DNA from: Candidatus Moraniibacteriota bacterium | Lineage (GTDB): Bacteria > Patescibacteriota > Minisyncoccia > Moranbacterales > UBA1568 | Direction: 5' to 3' | Assembly: GCA_052034975.1 (NCBI GenBank) | Contig: JBPOIA010000002.1 | Coordinates: 3,461-67,460, forward strand | DNA length: 64,000 nt | Part shown: piece after piece, positions 1-9,159 of the stretch | Layout: each line of letters starts with the position of its first letter | Numbering within the stretch: position 1 is the first letter of the stretch | Notes under the pieces: model-generated | What the model was told of the DNA's origin: nothing | The model's database searches: none | The model's input: the letters and a program-made list of their open reading frames with translations, nothing else | Translations under genes and position numbers: made by a program

Positions 1-1
1 G

Positions 2-427
2 TACAAGCAAATCGGTCCTATTGAGCGTCGGCACGCTCTCGGTATCGTCACGCAGGACGAGTCCGGCAATTTTTACATCCTTGCGAACGGCAAGCCCTAC
101 CGCGTCCTCCTTGCATCCATCACGTATTTCCGAACAGCCCCCGGAGACGAAGTCGCGATCGTGCTCCCGCGCGATATGGAAGCATCCTGGGCAGCCATCG
201 AGAACATCATCCAAAAAGGAGTCCAAAAGGATTGGCAGTCCGATTTTTCCAAGGCGGCCGACGATCACAGCGTCATCAACTCCTGGAAACACTCTCTGAA
301 AGACGAGGCTTCTTCCAAACCGGCACCGAGCGCAAACCCGAGCGTCCCTGCCGACAACACATCCGTTCTCGACACGTGGGTGCGCGATATGGAAGAAATC
401 GAAAAAGAGATCAATAACCAAAAATAG
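2..427 (+). CDS. Hypothetical protein, C-terminal part; the ORF runs in from the left window edge in frame 2
   Basis: Open frame from position 2 with no stop until 427; the ORF track lists only the part after the first internal Met (161-427). No recognisable motifs. Confidence 0.35.
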   Translation, partial: YKQIGPIERRHALGIVTQDESGNFYILANGKPYRVLLASITYFRTAPGDEVAIVLPRDMEASWAAIENIIQKGVQKDWQSDFSKAADDHSVINSWKHSLKDEASSKPAPSANPSVPADNTSVLDTWVRDMEEIEKEINNQK

Positions 428-435
428 CCCCTCCT

Positions 436-1038
436 ATGCGCCTGACGTTCCGCGACCTTCTCTTCGCCGCCATCAACGGAGCATTCATCGGAATTTTGGC
501 TCCGTTTATTTTTGCTAATTTGGCGGTGCAACTGCCCGTATCGCCCATACTCTTCGCGCCAATCCTCGCGCTCCTCTCCGCCCTCGGCGTCGCCATCGGA
601 TATTTTCTTTCCCGTATCCGATCCTTTTTCTTTCAGCTCTCCAAATTCGGACTGATCGGCGTATCGAACACCGTCATCGACCTCGGCATCTACAACCTCT
701 TCATCTTTATGAGCGATGTCTCAAGCGGCTATTTGATCGCGGTTTTCAAGAGCTTTTCGGTACTCATCGCCATCGTCAACAGCTACGTTTGGAACAAATT
801 TTGGTCATTCGAGAAGAAGGACGTCGCCAATATGGGCGAAGAATTCACTCAATTCCTCCTCGTCAGTCTGACCGGGCTCCTTTTGAACGTTGGTATCACA
901 GCATTCGTCGTAAACCTGATCGGCGCACCTGCGGACATAAGCGACAAGACTTGGGCCAATATAGGCGGACTCACCGCTTCCATCCTCGTTCTCACCTGGA
1001 ACTTCGTCGGCTACAAATTCTTTGTGTTCAAAAAATGA
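436..1038 (+). CDS. GtrA-family membrane protein (polysaccharide-synthesis associated)
   Basis: About 200 aa with four hydrophobic segments and the GtrA-like motif ...YVWNKFWSF.../...LTWNFVGYKFFVF. Confidence 0.65.
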   Translation: MRLTFRDLLFAAINGAFIGILAPFIFANLAVQLPVSPILFAPILALLSALGVAIGYFLSRIRSFFFQLSKFGLIGVSNTVIDLGIYNLFIFMSDVSSGYLIAVFKSFSVLIAIVNSYVWNKFWSFEKKDVANMGEEFTQFLLVSLTGLLLNVGITAFVVNLIGAPADISDKTWANIGGLTASILVLTWNFVGYKFFVFKK

Positions 1039-1055
1039 TATTCTCCCGTTCTCGA

Positions 1056-1083
1056 AAGCCTGCCTTCGCAGGCTTTTTTTCTT
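1056..1083 (+). terminator. Rho-independent terminator after the GtrA-like gene
   Basis: Perfect 8-bp stem AAGCCTGC/GCAGGCTT with loop CTTC, followed by TTTTTTT. Confidence 0.6.
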
Positions 1084-1153
1084 GATAGAAAATAAGGTAT
1101 ACTGAAACCAGTGTTTCAGAAACACCGAGGTTTGATATTGAAAACTCTTCCGT

Positions 1154-2743
1154 ATGTCCACAACGCTCTACCGCAAATACCGTCCGAAATTCTTTGCCGA
1201 TGTCGTCGGCCAAAAGCATATCGTCCAGACGCTCGAAAACGCCTTGAAGCTTGGGCGTGTCGGTCAAGCCTACCTCTTTACCGGGCCACGCGGCACCGGC
1301 AAGACCACGCTCGCCCGCCTCTTCGCCAAAGCCGTCAACTGCTCCGATCGAAAAGGCGCCGAGCCCTGCGGGAAATGCACGCACTGTCTCGTTTTTTCCG
1401 AAGGACGATCGCTCGATGTCATCGAGATCGATGCCGCTTCGCATACCGGCGTCGACAACATCCGCGAACTGCGAGAAACCGTCAATCTTCCTCCGTCCCT
1501 CGGATCGCACAAGATCTACATCATCGACGAAGTGCATATGCTCTCCATCGGAGCATTCAACGCGCTTCTGAAAACCCTCGAAGAACCACCGGCACACGTC
1601 ATCTTCATTCTCGCCACCACCGCGCTCCACAAAGTCCCCGAAACCATCGTTTCCCGCTGCCAACGCTTCGATCTCTCGCGGTTCCCGGTCAAAGCCATCG
1701 TCGGCAAGCTCGAAAAAATCGCCAAGCAAGAAAAACTCAAGATCGAGAAAGGTGCGCTCGAAATGATCGCTCTTGCTGCCGAAGGCGGAATGCGTGATGC
1801 CGAATCACTCCTCACCCAAATTGCCTCGCTCGATCTCTCCCCTATCACCGAAGAAAAGACCGCCGAAATCCTCGGCTCCACCAAGCGCGAAAACGTGACG
1901 GAACTCCTCCGCCTCATAAGCGAAAACGAACTCTTTTCGTCTCTTCTCTTCATCCGAAAACTCTCGCAAGAAGGCGTTGATCTTTCCGTGTTTTCCGGGC
2001 TTTTGCTCCATTTCCTGCGCGACGTACTCATCATTTCCGCCGATCCAAAACAAGGTCCGGACGAGCTCAGTCATCTGACAAACGAACAACAGGCCTCTGT
2101 CGCCCATCTTGCCACTCTCTTCGCACCAGAAAAGATCATCCGGATGCTCGAATATTTCCAAATCGCCCAAAGAGACACAAAGACAGCCGTCATTCCCGAA
2201 CTACCGCTCGAAATCGCCGTCGTAAAAATCCTTACCCAAGAAAGCAAGAGTGACTCCTCGGAAAACTCCAGTAACACCCCTCTTCCGAAAGAGCAGGAGA
2301 CGCGACAGACGTCCTCTCCGGAAACACCAGTTCAGAAATCCGCCATCAAGAAAGCCGCCCTTCCCATCGAGCCGGAATCGTCATCCAGCGCTTCCACCGA
2401 AACAACTCTCGATCTTTCCGTCGTGAAGAAGAGCTGGCAAGCCATCCTCGATGCCGCCAAACAACTAAACGCTTCGATCTCGCTCGCACTTTCGAACTCG
2501 CGGCCCGTAGAGACGGAAGGATCCACCGTCATCATCGCCGTCAGATACCCCTTCCACAAAGAACGCCTCGACGAACCAGCGAACCGATTGACACTCGAAA
2601 AAGCCTTTGATACCATCTTGGGGTCGCGAACCAAGCTCCGAGTCGTACTCGATAAAACGGAGTCGAAAAAAGACCCGGCCGACCATCCGCTCATCAATCA
2701 GGCGATGGAAATGCTCGGCGGCCGCATTGTCCCAGAACATTGA
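1154..2743 (+). CDS. dnaX: DNA polymerase III subunit gamma/tau
   Basis: N-terminus YRPKFFADVVGQKHIVQTLENAL...LFTGPRGTGKTTLARLFAKAVNC with Walker A, a Cys zinc module and the sensor motif; 529 aa. Confidence 0.95.
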   Translation: MSTTLYRKYRPKFFADVVGQKHIVQTLENALKLGRVGQAYLFTGPRGTGKTTLARLFAKAVNCSDRKGAEPCGKCTHCLVFSEGRSLDVIEIDAASHTGVDNIRELRETVNLPPSLGSHKIYIIDEVHMLSIGAFNALLKTLEEPPAHVIFILATTALHKVPETIVSRCQRFDLSRFPVKAIVGKLEKIAKQEKLKIEKGALEMIALAAEGGMRDAESLLTQIASLDLSPITEEKTAEILGSTKRENVTELLRLISENELFSSLLFIRKLSQEGVDLSVFSGLLLHFLRDVLIISADPKQGPDELSHLTNEQQASVAHLATLFAPEKIIRMLEYFQIAQRDTKTAVIPELPLEIAVVKILTQESKSDSSENSSNTPLPKEQETRQTSSPETPVQKSAIKKAALPIEPESSSSASTETTLDLSVVKKSWQAILDAAKQLNASISLALSNSRPVETEGSTVIIAVRYPFHKERLDEPANRLTLEKAFDTILGSRTKLRVVLDKTESKKDPADHPLINQAMEMLGGRIVPEH

Positions 2744-2749
2744 ACTCCT

Positions 2750-2824
2750 TGGGGAGTAGCCAAGCGGTAAGGCAGGGGCCTTTGAAGCCTCCATACGTAG
2801 GTTCGATCCCTACCTCCCCAGCCA
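2750..2824 (+). tRNA. tRNA-Gln (anticodon UUG)
   Basis: Cloverleaf folds cleanly: acceptor TGGGGAG/CTCCCCA, D-arm GCC-AAGCGGTAA-GGC, anticodon stem GGGGC/GCCTC with loop CTTTGAA, T-arm GTAGG-TTCGATC-CCTAC, discriminator G, CCA encoded. Close to E. coli tRNA-Gln. Confidence 0.85.
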
Positions 2825-2932
2825 CGGTCGCTCACAGACAATAAAACCAGTCGATTCCAATCCTCTTTTTAAGGGGATTTTCGTGTTATAATGAGGAAAA
2901 CAGCCTCAAAAAATATTTGAGATTTACGTTTG

Positions 2933-3319
2933 ATGGAAAAGAACATACAGGGTATTTTTGTCCATCTTTTCGGGGTGATTCTGATAATCGCCGGGGTTAT
3001 TCATTGGTTTTCGATATTCGGCATCCTTCCATCAGAAAAAACGCCCTTTTTCATCGGTTCTTACTTTGACAGCCTCGCTCTTTTCGATATTATAGCCGGC
3101 ATCGGCATACTCTTTCGACGACAGTGGGGACTTTGGCTTGTTTTTTTCATCCTTATCACCCAAATACCAGCACACTCGTATATGGCATATTTGGATATCG
3201 TCCACCAGTATGGAAGCGGTTTCACTCCAATTTTCAGATTCATCGATATCGTCATTATCGCTGGCGGATTCCTGCTCGTCAGGACCGCTTCCCACGTCGA
3301 CACGCAAACAAACCTATGA
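2933..3319 (+). CDS. Small integral membrane protein (about 4 TM)
   Basis: ORF with ATG at 2933 (the track starts at a TTG at 2930); a TATAAT-like box lies about 45 nt upstream; mostly hydrophobic; stop overlaps the next start (ATGA). Confidence 0.5.
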   Translation: MEKNIQGIFVHLFGVILIIAGVIHWFSIFGILPSEKTPFFIGSYFDSLALFDIIAGIGILFRRQWGLWLVFFILITQIPAHSYMAYLDIVHQYGSGFTPIFRFIDIVIIAGGFLLVRTASHVDTQTNL

Positions 3320-4359
3320 ATCCGACTCCGTTTTCCGAATTCCAAACCATCAACGAAACCATTTACCGCATTCTCGCGCGTATCGCTTTGGCCGAAGATG
3401 AAGGCGAAGTTTCGAAAGAAGAACCGAAACTCCTCGAAGAGCTCCTTTCTTTGGAAACCGGATTAAAAACGATACTGAGCGATACGAAGAATCTGCGCAC
3501 CGTGGCGCCGGTTATGTTTATGCGTCTCTGGTCGGTCGCGAGCATCCGCCGATCACTCAAAAAGATACGCTCGGCAAAAAAGCATTCTGCTGCCGGCCGC
3601 TCCGCTGCCTTTTTTCATACCGCACGAATAGCCGCCCTGTGGGGATACCAAGCGCTCTCGATTCTTAAGACCCGCTCCATCCTCTCTCAGGCGTTCCAAA
3701 ATCTCGACTGTCATCTCTTAAAACACGAAGATCTGCAAAAAGGCGATGTTATCCTCTCGTACAAGACCGCCCGCTATCTGCACAAAGACCTTCTCTCGAA
3801 ACTCATCGCCGTCGCGGCGAACAGCTCCATCACCCACGCCCTCATCACAACCGAATCAGGCAATGAACCGAAACTTCTCTGTTCCAGCGCCCTGGGTAAC
3901 GGGCTCAACCTCGCTCTGCCCTCACCCGATCCGGGAGAAATCTATCTCGTGATGCGTCTCCACCAGGTTCCCAAAAAACAGACGGAGAAACTCTCCTTAA
4001 CGCTCGACCGATGGAACAAAAATGTCCGCCTGCTCCGCATCTATAAATTCTCAGAGCTCAAATGCTGGATGGCGAGCCTCCTCGGATTCCTGTACGTCTT
4101 TTCGGTCTGCATTCTCCGGCGCCCGATCATCCTTAGAAATATCGCCAAGGATCGCCCGGGATATTTTTGCAGCGAGATCATCGACGATATCTTTAAAGAG
4201 GCTGGGCTCTTCCTGACACCGCGAAGCGAACACGCAGCCCTTGCGGGACCGGTGGAATTTTTCCATTCTCCCTATCTTTCGTTCCAGGGCATCATTATGA
4301 ACAACAACGATCATGAAACCCTCAAAGAGGAACTAGCGGCCGAGTTTCACATCGGTTGA
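3317..4359 (+). CDS. Hypothetical protein (348 aa), translationally coupled to the upstream membrane protein
   Basis: Internal ATG at 3317 overlaps the upstream stop (ATGA). Contains an ordered His (SSITHALI) ... Cys (YFCSEIIDD) pair; no confident family assignment. Confidence 0.5.
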
Positions 4360-5379
4360 TGCTCGCATTGCTTTGCGGCTGATATGCCGATAGATCAGAT
4401 AAACAAAAAGAATACCAAAAAGCGTCACGTTGACGGCGATCTGCAGACTTTTAAACGTTTCCAGTACCAGCGTAAATCCCAAACCGGCGCTCCAGCCGAT
4501 GAGCGTCACGATCGGCGCCCAAAAAGAGTTCACAATCAGACAATACAGGAAAAACTTCCCCGGATCGATGCGCTTCCTGCCGAAATACACGATGCAGGGA
4601 ATGGTGATGCCGGAAATAAAACGCGCCAAGAAGAACGCCTTAAACGGAGCGTTGTCGAGCGTTTTTTGTATGCGCCCAAAAAGATGCCCGTGATTCTCCG
4701 GCAGCAGGAACCGATCCACGAAATTGAATAGTCTTGTCCTGGCGGTCAGAAACCAAAACCACTCTCCAAGAAACGCCGTCGTAAATCCGATGAACGTCAC
4801 GGTCAACGGATCCATCTTCCCCTGCCCCGCAAGGAACGAGAATACAAGGACAGCCGGTTCGCCACCAAACAAACAAATGAAAAACGCTGCGGCAAGGATA
4901 TGCTCGTGCAAAAGGCCAAGAAAATACCCAAGCCCTTCCGCACTCGGCGACAAAGCGGCCGACCATATGTCCCGAAGCACGGCGATCTCCTGTCCGTAAT
5001 CCGATAAAAGAAGCCATCCGACAAAGACAACGATCACGATATGGACCCAAAAATGACTCCATACGTCGAACCGACTATGGTGCTTGCGATAAAATGTCAT
5101 CGAGAGGTACACCTCCCATACAGAAAGAACAAGCGCGATGAAAAATCCGATGAATTCTTTCTCCACGAGATACTCAGCCGTCAGAAGCAGGATGACACCG
5201 ACGACGATCAGATTGAACGCGTTGCCAAGCCTCTGCAAACGGAAATGCGCGAGAAGCGGAAACAGTTTCGGGATGTATCGTTCGACAATATCCGGCTGTA
5301 CCAGCAAAAAAACACCGGAAGCGAGATACAACAAAGATACAAGATAGTATGCCGAGTACAGGAAGATTTCCGCCAGCAT
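4333..5379 (-). CDS. DedA/VTT-domain membrane protein with an N-terminal multi-TM extension
   Basis: C-terminal half (FLARFISGITIPCIVYFGRKRIDPGKFFLYCLIVNSFWAPIVTLIGWSAGLG) matches the DedA reentrant-loop motif; about 10 predicted TM; ATG confirmed at 5379. Confidence 0.55.
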   Translation of the reverse strand: MLAEIFLYSAYYLVSLLYLASGVFLLVQPDIVERYIPKLFPLLAHFRLQRLGNAFNLIVVGVILLLTAEYLVEKEFIGFFIALVLSVWEVYLSMTFYRKHHSRFDVWSHFWVHIVIVVFVGWLLLSDYGQEIAVLRDIWSAALSPSAEGLGYFLGLLHEHILAAAFFICLFGGEPAVLVFSFLAGQGKMDPLTVTFIGFTTAFLGEWFWFLTARTRLFNFVDRFLLPENHGHLFGRIQKTLDNAPFKAFFLARFISGITIPCIVYFGRKRIDPGKFFLYCLIVNSFWAPIVTLIGWSAGLGFTLVLETFKSLQIAVNVTLFGILFVYLIYRHISRKAMRASTDVKLGR

Positions 5380-5435
5380 AGATAAAATATGCTATAATTG
5401 GCCTTATAGTAGCATAAAACCGCTTCCTCGAACAT

Positions 5436-6872
5436 ATGCTCGCCGCCAAACGACCGTCTCTCCGCCAAAAGATTCTTTTTTACATACTCAGAATCCTTCC
5501 TGTTCGTTTCAAGCTCTCCCGATTGGAACACGTCCGTTTCGATGACCTTATCGCCTTCGGAACGCTCGCTCTCATCCCGGCTTTCCGAAAATCTACCGAA
5601 ACACTTCCTTTTTATCGCGACTTCCTCGCCAAAAAAAACGTCGAGGTAAGCGCTGTCCGGACACCGGATGATTTCTCGCGTCTCGTACCGATTCTTCGCA
5701 AGGAAGACGTTTTTCCCACGTCCGCCGTAGAAGACCTCTGCCAAAATGGAAAAGTGGACGATATGCGTTCGGCGATCGTCACTTCCGGCACCTCCGGTAC
5801 CTTCGCGTACGGTCTTTTGACCGAAAAAGATACGCTTTGGCAACGATCCGTCCTCGATGAATTCTTCAATCATTATTTCGATCAAGACCATCGCTCTCTT
5901 CTCATCATCAACGCCTTACCGATGGGCGTCTCGTTCACATCCGATTATCCGGTCATCCCAACAAGCGTCCGGCCGGATATCGTCCTCCACGTCATAAAGA
6001 CATTCCGAAACCTCTACCGCACCCTCGTCATCGTCTGCGATCCGCACTTCGCAAAGAAAATCATTGACGATGGCCGAGCATCCGGATGGCAATGGCACGA
6101 TTTGAATGTCTCTTTCGTCATCGGCGGAGCATGGTCATCAAACAGCCTCTCACGATACCTTCTCTCGGCGCTCAATGCCGACCCGAAGAAACCCTCCCAT
6201 CTCGTCTTAGGTACGATGGGCATCACCGAAATCGGCTTGAACGTTTTTAGTGCTCCCAAAGAACTCATCACTCTGCGCGATATCCTCGAAAGCGATCCCT
6301 CGTCCCGTGCACGCCTCTTCGGCACCGATACGCGCGTATGTCCGGAAATATTCTATTACATCCCTACCGGCACATACGTCGAAATCTCCTCTCCGGATGA
6401 AAACGGTGTGGGTGATATCGTCTTCTCCAATCTCGACACGCAGGCCAAGACCCCGCTCTTCCGATACGCGACCGGCGACAAGGGATCGTTCATCAATCGC
6501 GCCCTCGCCGCAGAAATTTTGGACGAAAAATGTCCCGACGTCCGTCTTTCGCTCCATCTGCCGCTCATCGCCGTCTTTGACCGCGAACACGGCCCAGCGA
6601 ATGATACTGTCTCCGTAGCAGAAGTGAAAGAAGCTCTCTATCGGAATCCGGATATCGTCCCCTCGCTTACCGGACACTTCCGAATCAGCGGCACCACCAT
6701 CGATGTCCAGTTGGAAACATCTGCCATTCCCGAAACGAGCATCAAAGATGCCCTGGAAAAGAACCTTTCGGCGGTTTCAGGAAAACCGTCCTCGATCACG
6801 CTGGTCCCCTATCGTGAATTTTCGCAGGATATGGATCTTAACTACGAAAAAAAATGGAAGCATCGATCTTGA
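5436..6872 (+). CDS. Adenylate-forming enzyme, PaaK / coenzyme F390 synthetase-like family
   Basis: N-terminal PFYRDFL...LVPILRKEDVFP, P-loop-like TSGTSGT (versus PaaK SSGTTGKP) and FRYATGDKG (YRTGD-type A8 motif). Confidence 0.6.
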   Translation: MLAAKRPSLRQKILFYILRILPVRFKLSRLEHVRFDDLIAFGTLALIPAFRKSTETLPFYRDFLAKKNVEVSAVRTPDDFSRLVPILRKEDVFPTSAVEDLCQNGKVDDMRSAIVTSGTSGTFAYGLLTEKDTLWQRSVLDEFFNHYFDQDHRSLLIINALPMGVSFTSDYPVIPTSVRPDIVLHVIKTFRNLYRTLVIVCDPHFAKKIIDDGRASGWQWHDLNVSFVIGGAWSSNSLSRYLLSALNADPKKPSHLVLGTMGITEIGLNVFSAPKELITLRDILESDPSSRARLFGTDTRVCPEIFYYIPTGTYVEISSPDENGVGDIVFSNLDTQAKTPLFRYATGDKGSFINRALAAEILDEKCPDVRLSLHLPLIAVFDREHGPANDTVSVAEVKEALYRNPDIVPSLTGHFRISGTTIDVQLETSAIPETSIKDALEKNLSAVSGKPSSITLVPYREFSQDMDLNYEKKWKHRS

Positions 6873-7669
6873 CCATCCTTTTTGAACTACCGGGAGCGAC
6901 TCTCAACTACATACGAGGGGCGTCGTGGCTCGCGCTCTTCCTCCACACCGTTATCCTCATCACGCTGTACCACGTTTTCCGGATGCTCATCATCCTCGGC
7001 TGGATGTTTCTCACCGGCCGCCAAAATAAGCACGTCGTCAAAGAAAAAGTCCGCTTCTCAGAATCCGGTCCGGGCAGCAAGGTTATCCTTATCGCCGGCG
7101 ACAGCACCGCCGCCGGAATGGGAGCTGCCAATCCGCGTGATACGTTCGCCGGAATGCTCGCCCGCGACTTCCCGAAAACGGACGTCTATAACGTCGCCGC
7201 AAACGGCGCTCTCACCCGCGATATCCTGAAACAATTCGAGCGTCATCCGTACATTCGCCCGGATGTGTTTGTCCTCTCCACCGGCGGCAACGACTTGTGG
7301 AGCTTTATTACGATACGACGCATCGCACGCGATCTCTCGGATGTCATCCGCGCCGCCAAAGCACGCGGCAACGGAAACGTCATTGTCCTCTTCTTCGGCA
7401 ACGCCGGATCCGCACCGCTCTTCCCCTACCTCATCCGCAAACTCCTCCTTCGAAGAGAACAGAAGGCGTTCCGGGCATTCATAGATGTCTGCGCCCAAGA
7501 AAAAGTGGAGCTCGTTGAACTCTTCACACGCAAGGACGGCAATCCGTTCGTCGAGCATCCCGATCGATATTTCTCTCCCGATGGCCTGCATCCGAGCGGT
7601 TTCGGTTATGTTTTATGGTACGAACGTCTCCTGCAATCCATCCACGAAAAAAATTACCTTCCACACTGA
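6854..7669 (+). CDS. SGNH/GDSL-family hydrolase with N-terminal TM anchor
   Basis: Block I VILIAGDSTAAGMGA, block III VLSTGGNDL, block V DGLHPSGFGY; N-terminal hydrophobic helix; overlaps the upstream gene by 19 nt. Confidence 0.7.
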   Translation: MEASILTILFELPGATLNYIRGASWLALFLHTVILITLYHVFRMLIILGWMFLTGRQNKHVVKEKVRFSESGPGSKVILIAGDSTAAGMGAANPRDTFAGMLARDFPKTDVYNVAANGALTRDILKQFERHPYIRPDVFVLSTGGNDLWSFITIRRIARDLSDVIRAAKARGNGNVIVLFFGNAGSAPLFPYLIRKLLLRREQKAFRAFIDVCAQEKVELVELFTRKDGNPFVEHPDRYFSPDGLHPSGFGYVLWYERLLQSIHEKNYLPH

Positions 7670-7728
7670 AACAGAATCTGCTTATTTCGGCATAAATGAG
7701 CTTTTTTCCTGTTTGATGCTTGACTTAT

Positions 7729-7763
7729 TTTTATTTTGGTGTTACAATATAAGGTGAAGTAGA
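7729..7763 (+). promoter_or_regulatory. Sigma70-type promoter for the cold-shock gene, followed by a 5' UTR of about 50 nt
   Basis: TTGACT, 17-nt spacer, TACAAT (gatgcTTGACTtatttttattttggtgtTACAATat). Confidence 0.5.
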
Positions 7764-7818
7764 AGAAATGTAGTCGGATTTCCCATACTTTCATTCTAAG
7801 CAGCCATAGCCAAACGTT

Positions 7819-8016
7819 ATGAACGGAACTATCAAAACGCTCACAGACCGAGGTTTCGGGTTCATTGCCCGTGAAGGCGAGACGAAAGATCTCTTCTTCC
7901 ACGCCAAAGACCTCGTCGGTGTCACATTCGACGAGCTCAAGGCCGGCGATGCCGTCACCTTTGAGATCGTGGAGGGTGAAAAGGGCCCGGCGGCCGTCAG
8001 TGTCTCCCGCGCCTAA
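7819..8016 (+). CDS. cspA: Cold-shock protein, CspA family
   Basis: 65 aa; RNP1-like GFGFI, plus DLFFHAKDL and VTFEIVEGEKGPAA. Confidence 0.9.
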   Translation: MNGTIKTLTDRGFGFIAREGETKDLFFHAKDLVGVTFDELKAGDAVTFEIVEGEKGPAAVSVSRA

Positions 8017-8027
8017 GTCTCCCACAA

Positions 8028-8058
8028 CAAAAATCCGTCCCTTCCGGGCGGTTTTTTG
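8028..8058 (+). terminator. Rho-independent terminator after csp
   Basis: CCGTCCC-TTCC-GGGCGG stem-loop followed by TTTTTTGTTT. Confidence 0.55.
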
Positions 8059-8112
8059 TTTCCAAAAAAAAGAGCCTTCAGAGATCGTTTCCGAAGGCTT
8101 TCAAAGAAAGTT

Positions 8113-8397
8113 TCAACGTACCAGTGAGAGGCGTGGCATCGGAGCTTCCGAAGCGGATATTTCCCGTTCGGGAAACCGCTCCTCCTTCGGAAAATCGAGA
8201 TAGCGCGCGAATGCTTTCTGCTGCATCCGCACGATATTCCCCTGCCAGAGGAACATATTTCCGACCACTTCTTCCGCCGATCCAAAAGGGAACATCGGCC
8301 GCCGGAACAGCTCCGCAGAAAAATGCAGGAAAAACTGTGGAAACCACAAGAACGCCTCGAGAGTTCTCTCTGGCATACCTTGTAATGGATGATCCAT
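8113..8397 (-). CDS. Hypothetical small protein (94 aa)
   Basis: Internal ATG at 8397 preceded by GGAGG at -7; the three longer minus-strand ORFs here all begin with TTG and overlap neighbours. No known motif. Confidence 0.3.
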   Translation of the reverse strand: MDHPLQGMPERTLEAFLWFPQFFLHFSAELFRRPMFPFGSAEEVVGNMFLWQGNIVRMQQKAFARYLDFPKEERFPEREISASEAPMPRLSLVR

Positions 8398-8490
8398 AGC
8401 GCCCTCCGTTCGGACAAGGAACAAAAAAGAAAGGGTCTCCCCCTCCTGTTCGGAAGCATACCACGTTTCGCGAAAAAAATCCTTTTCCCG

Positions 8491-9093
8491 TCAAGCCTTG
8501 GTTTTTCGTTCCCGCACATATCCGACAATGCCGGGCAGAAAGGAGAGAAAAACGATCAGAAGAATAATCGGTAAGAGATACCGATCGACGTCAATCACGT
8601 TTCCGAGCGAGTAACCAAGGAGCACCAGGCCGCATGTCCACAAGAGAGCGCCGATCAAATTATATGCGAAAAACACCGGGTAACGCATATTTGCCACGCC
8701 GGCCACGATCGGAGCGAATGTCCGCACGATCGGCATAAAACGCGCGAGAACGATCGTTTTCGGCCCGTGCCGGTCGTAAAACGCCTGCGCTTTGAGTGCG
8801 TGGGCTTTTTTGAAGATGAGCGAATCTTCCTTGCTGAACAGTTTCGGCCCGATCTGCCGGCCGAATTCATAACCGACGAGATTGCCTATCGTCGCGGAAA
8901 GAAACAATCCGATCAGAAGCATCGGCAGCGAGAAAAATCCGTCCGACGCAAGAAACCCCGCCACGAAAAGCAGACTGTCACCCGGCAGGAAAAACCCAAG
9001 AAAGAGTCCGGTTTCCGCAAAGACAATTCCAAAAACACCCGCGTACCCTACCGTCCGAATGAGCTCCACTAAATCAATGCCAAAGAATTCCAT
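8491..9093 (-). CDS. DedA-family (VTT/SNARE-associated) membrane protein
   Basis: Motif ...FGRQIGPKLF...YDRHGPKTIVLARFMPIVRTFAPIVAGVANMRYPVFFAYNLIGALLWTCGLVLLGYSLG is canonical DedA. Confidence 0.85.
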   Translation of the reverse strand: MEFFGIDLVELIRTVGYAGVFGIVFAETGLFLGFFLPGDSLLFVAGFLASDGFFSLPMLLIGLFLSATIGNLVGYEFGRQIGPKLFSKEDSLIFKKAHALKAQAFYDRHGPKTIVLARFMPIVRTFAPIVAGVANMRYPVFFAYNLIGALLWTCGLVLLGYSLGNVIDVDRYLLPIILLIVFLSFLPGIVGYVRERKTKA

Positions 9094-9159
9094 AACACAC
9101 TTTTACGAATCATCCTCCGTAGTATACGGTATTTCCAAAAAAGCGGAAAGGAAGCTGCT

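Noticed and set aside
1028-1797. ORFs 1028-1729(-) and 1111-1797(+)
   Set aside because: Overlap the confidently identified dnaX; alternative-frame artefacts.
8013-8528. 171-aa and 138-aa minus-strand ORFs
   Set aside because: Both start with TTG and overlap the csp terminator or the dedA 3' end; only the shorter ATG/SD-supported frame was kept, at low confidence.
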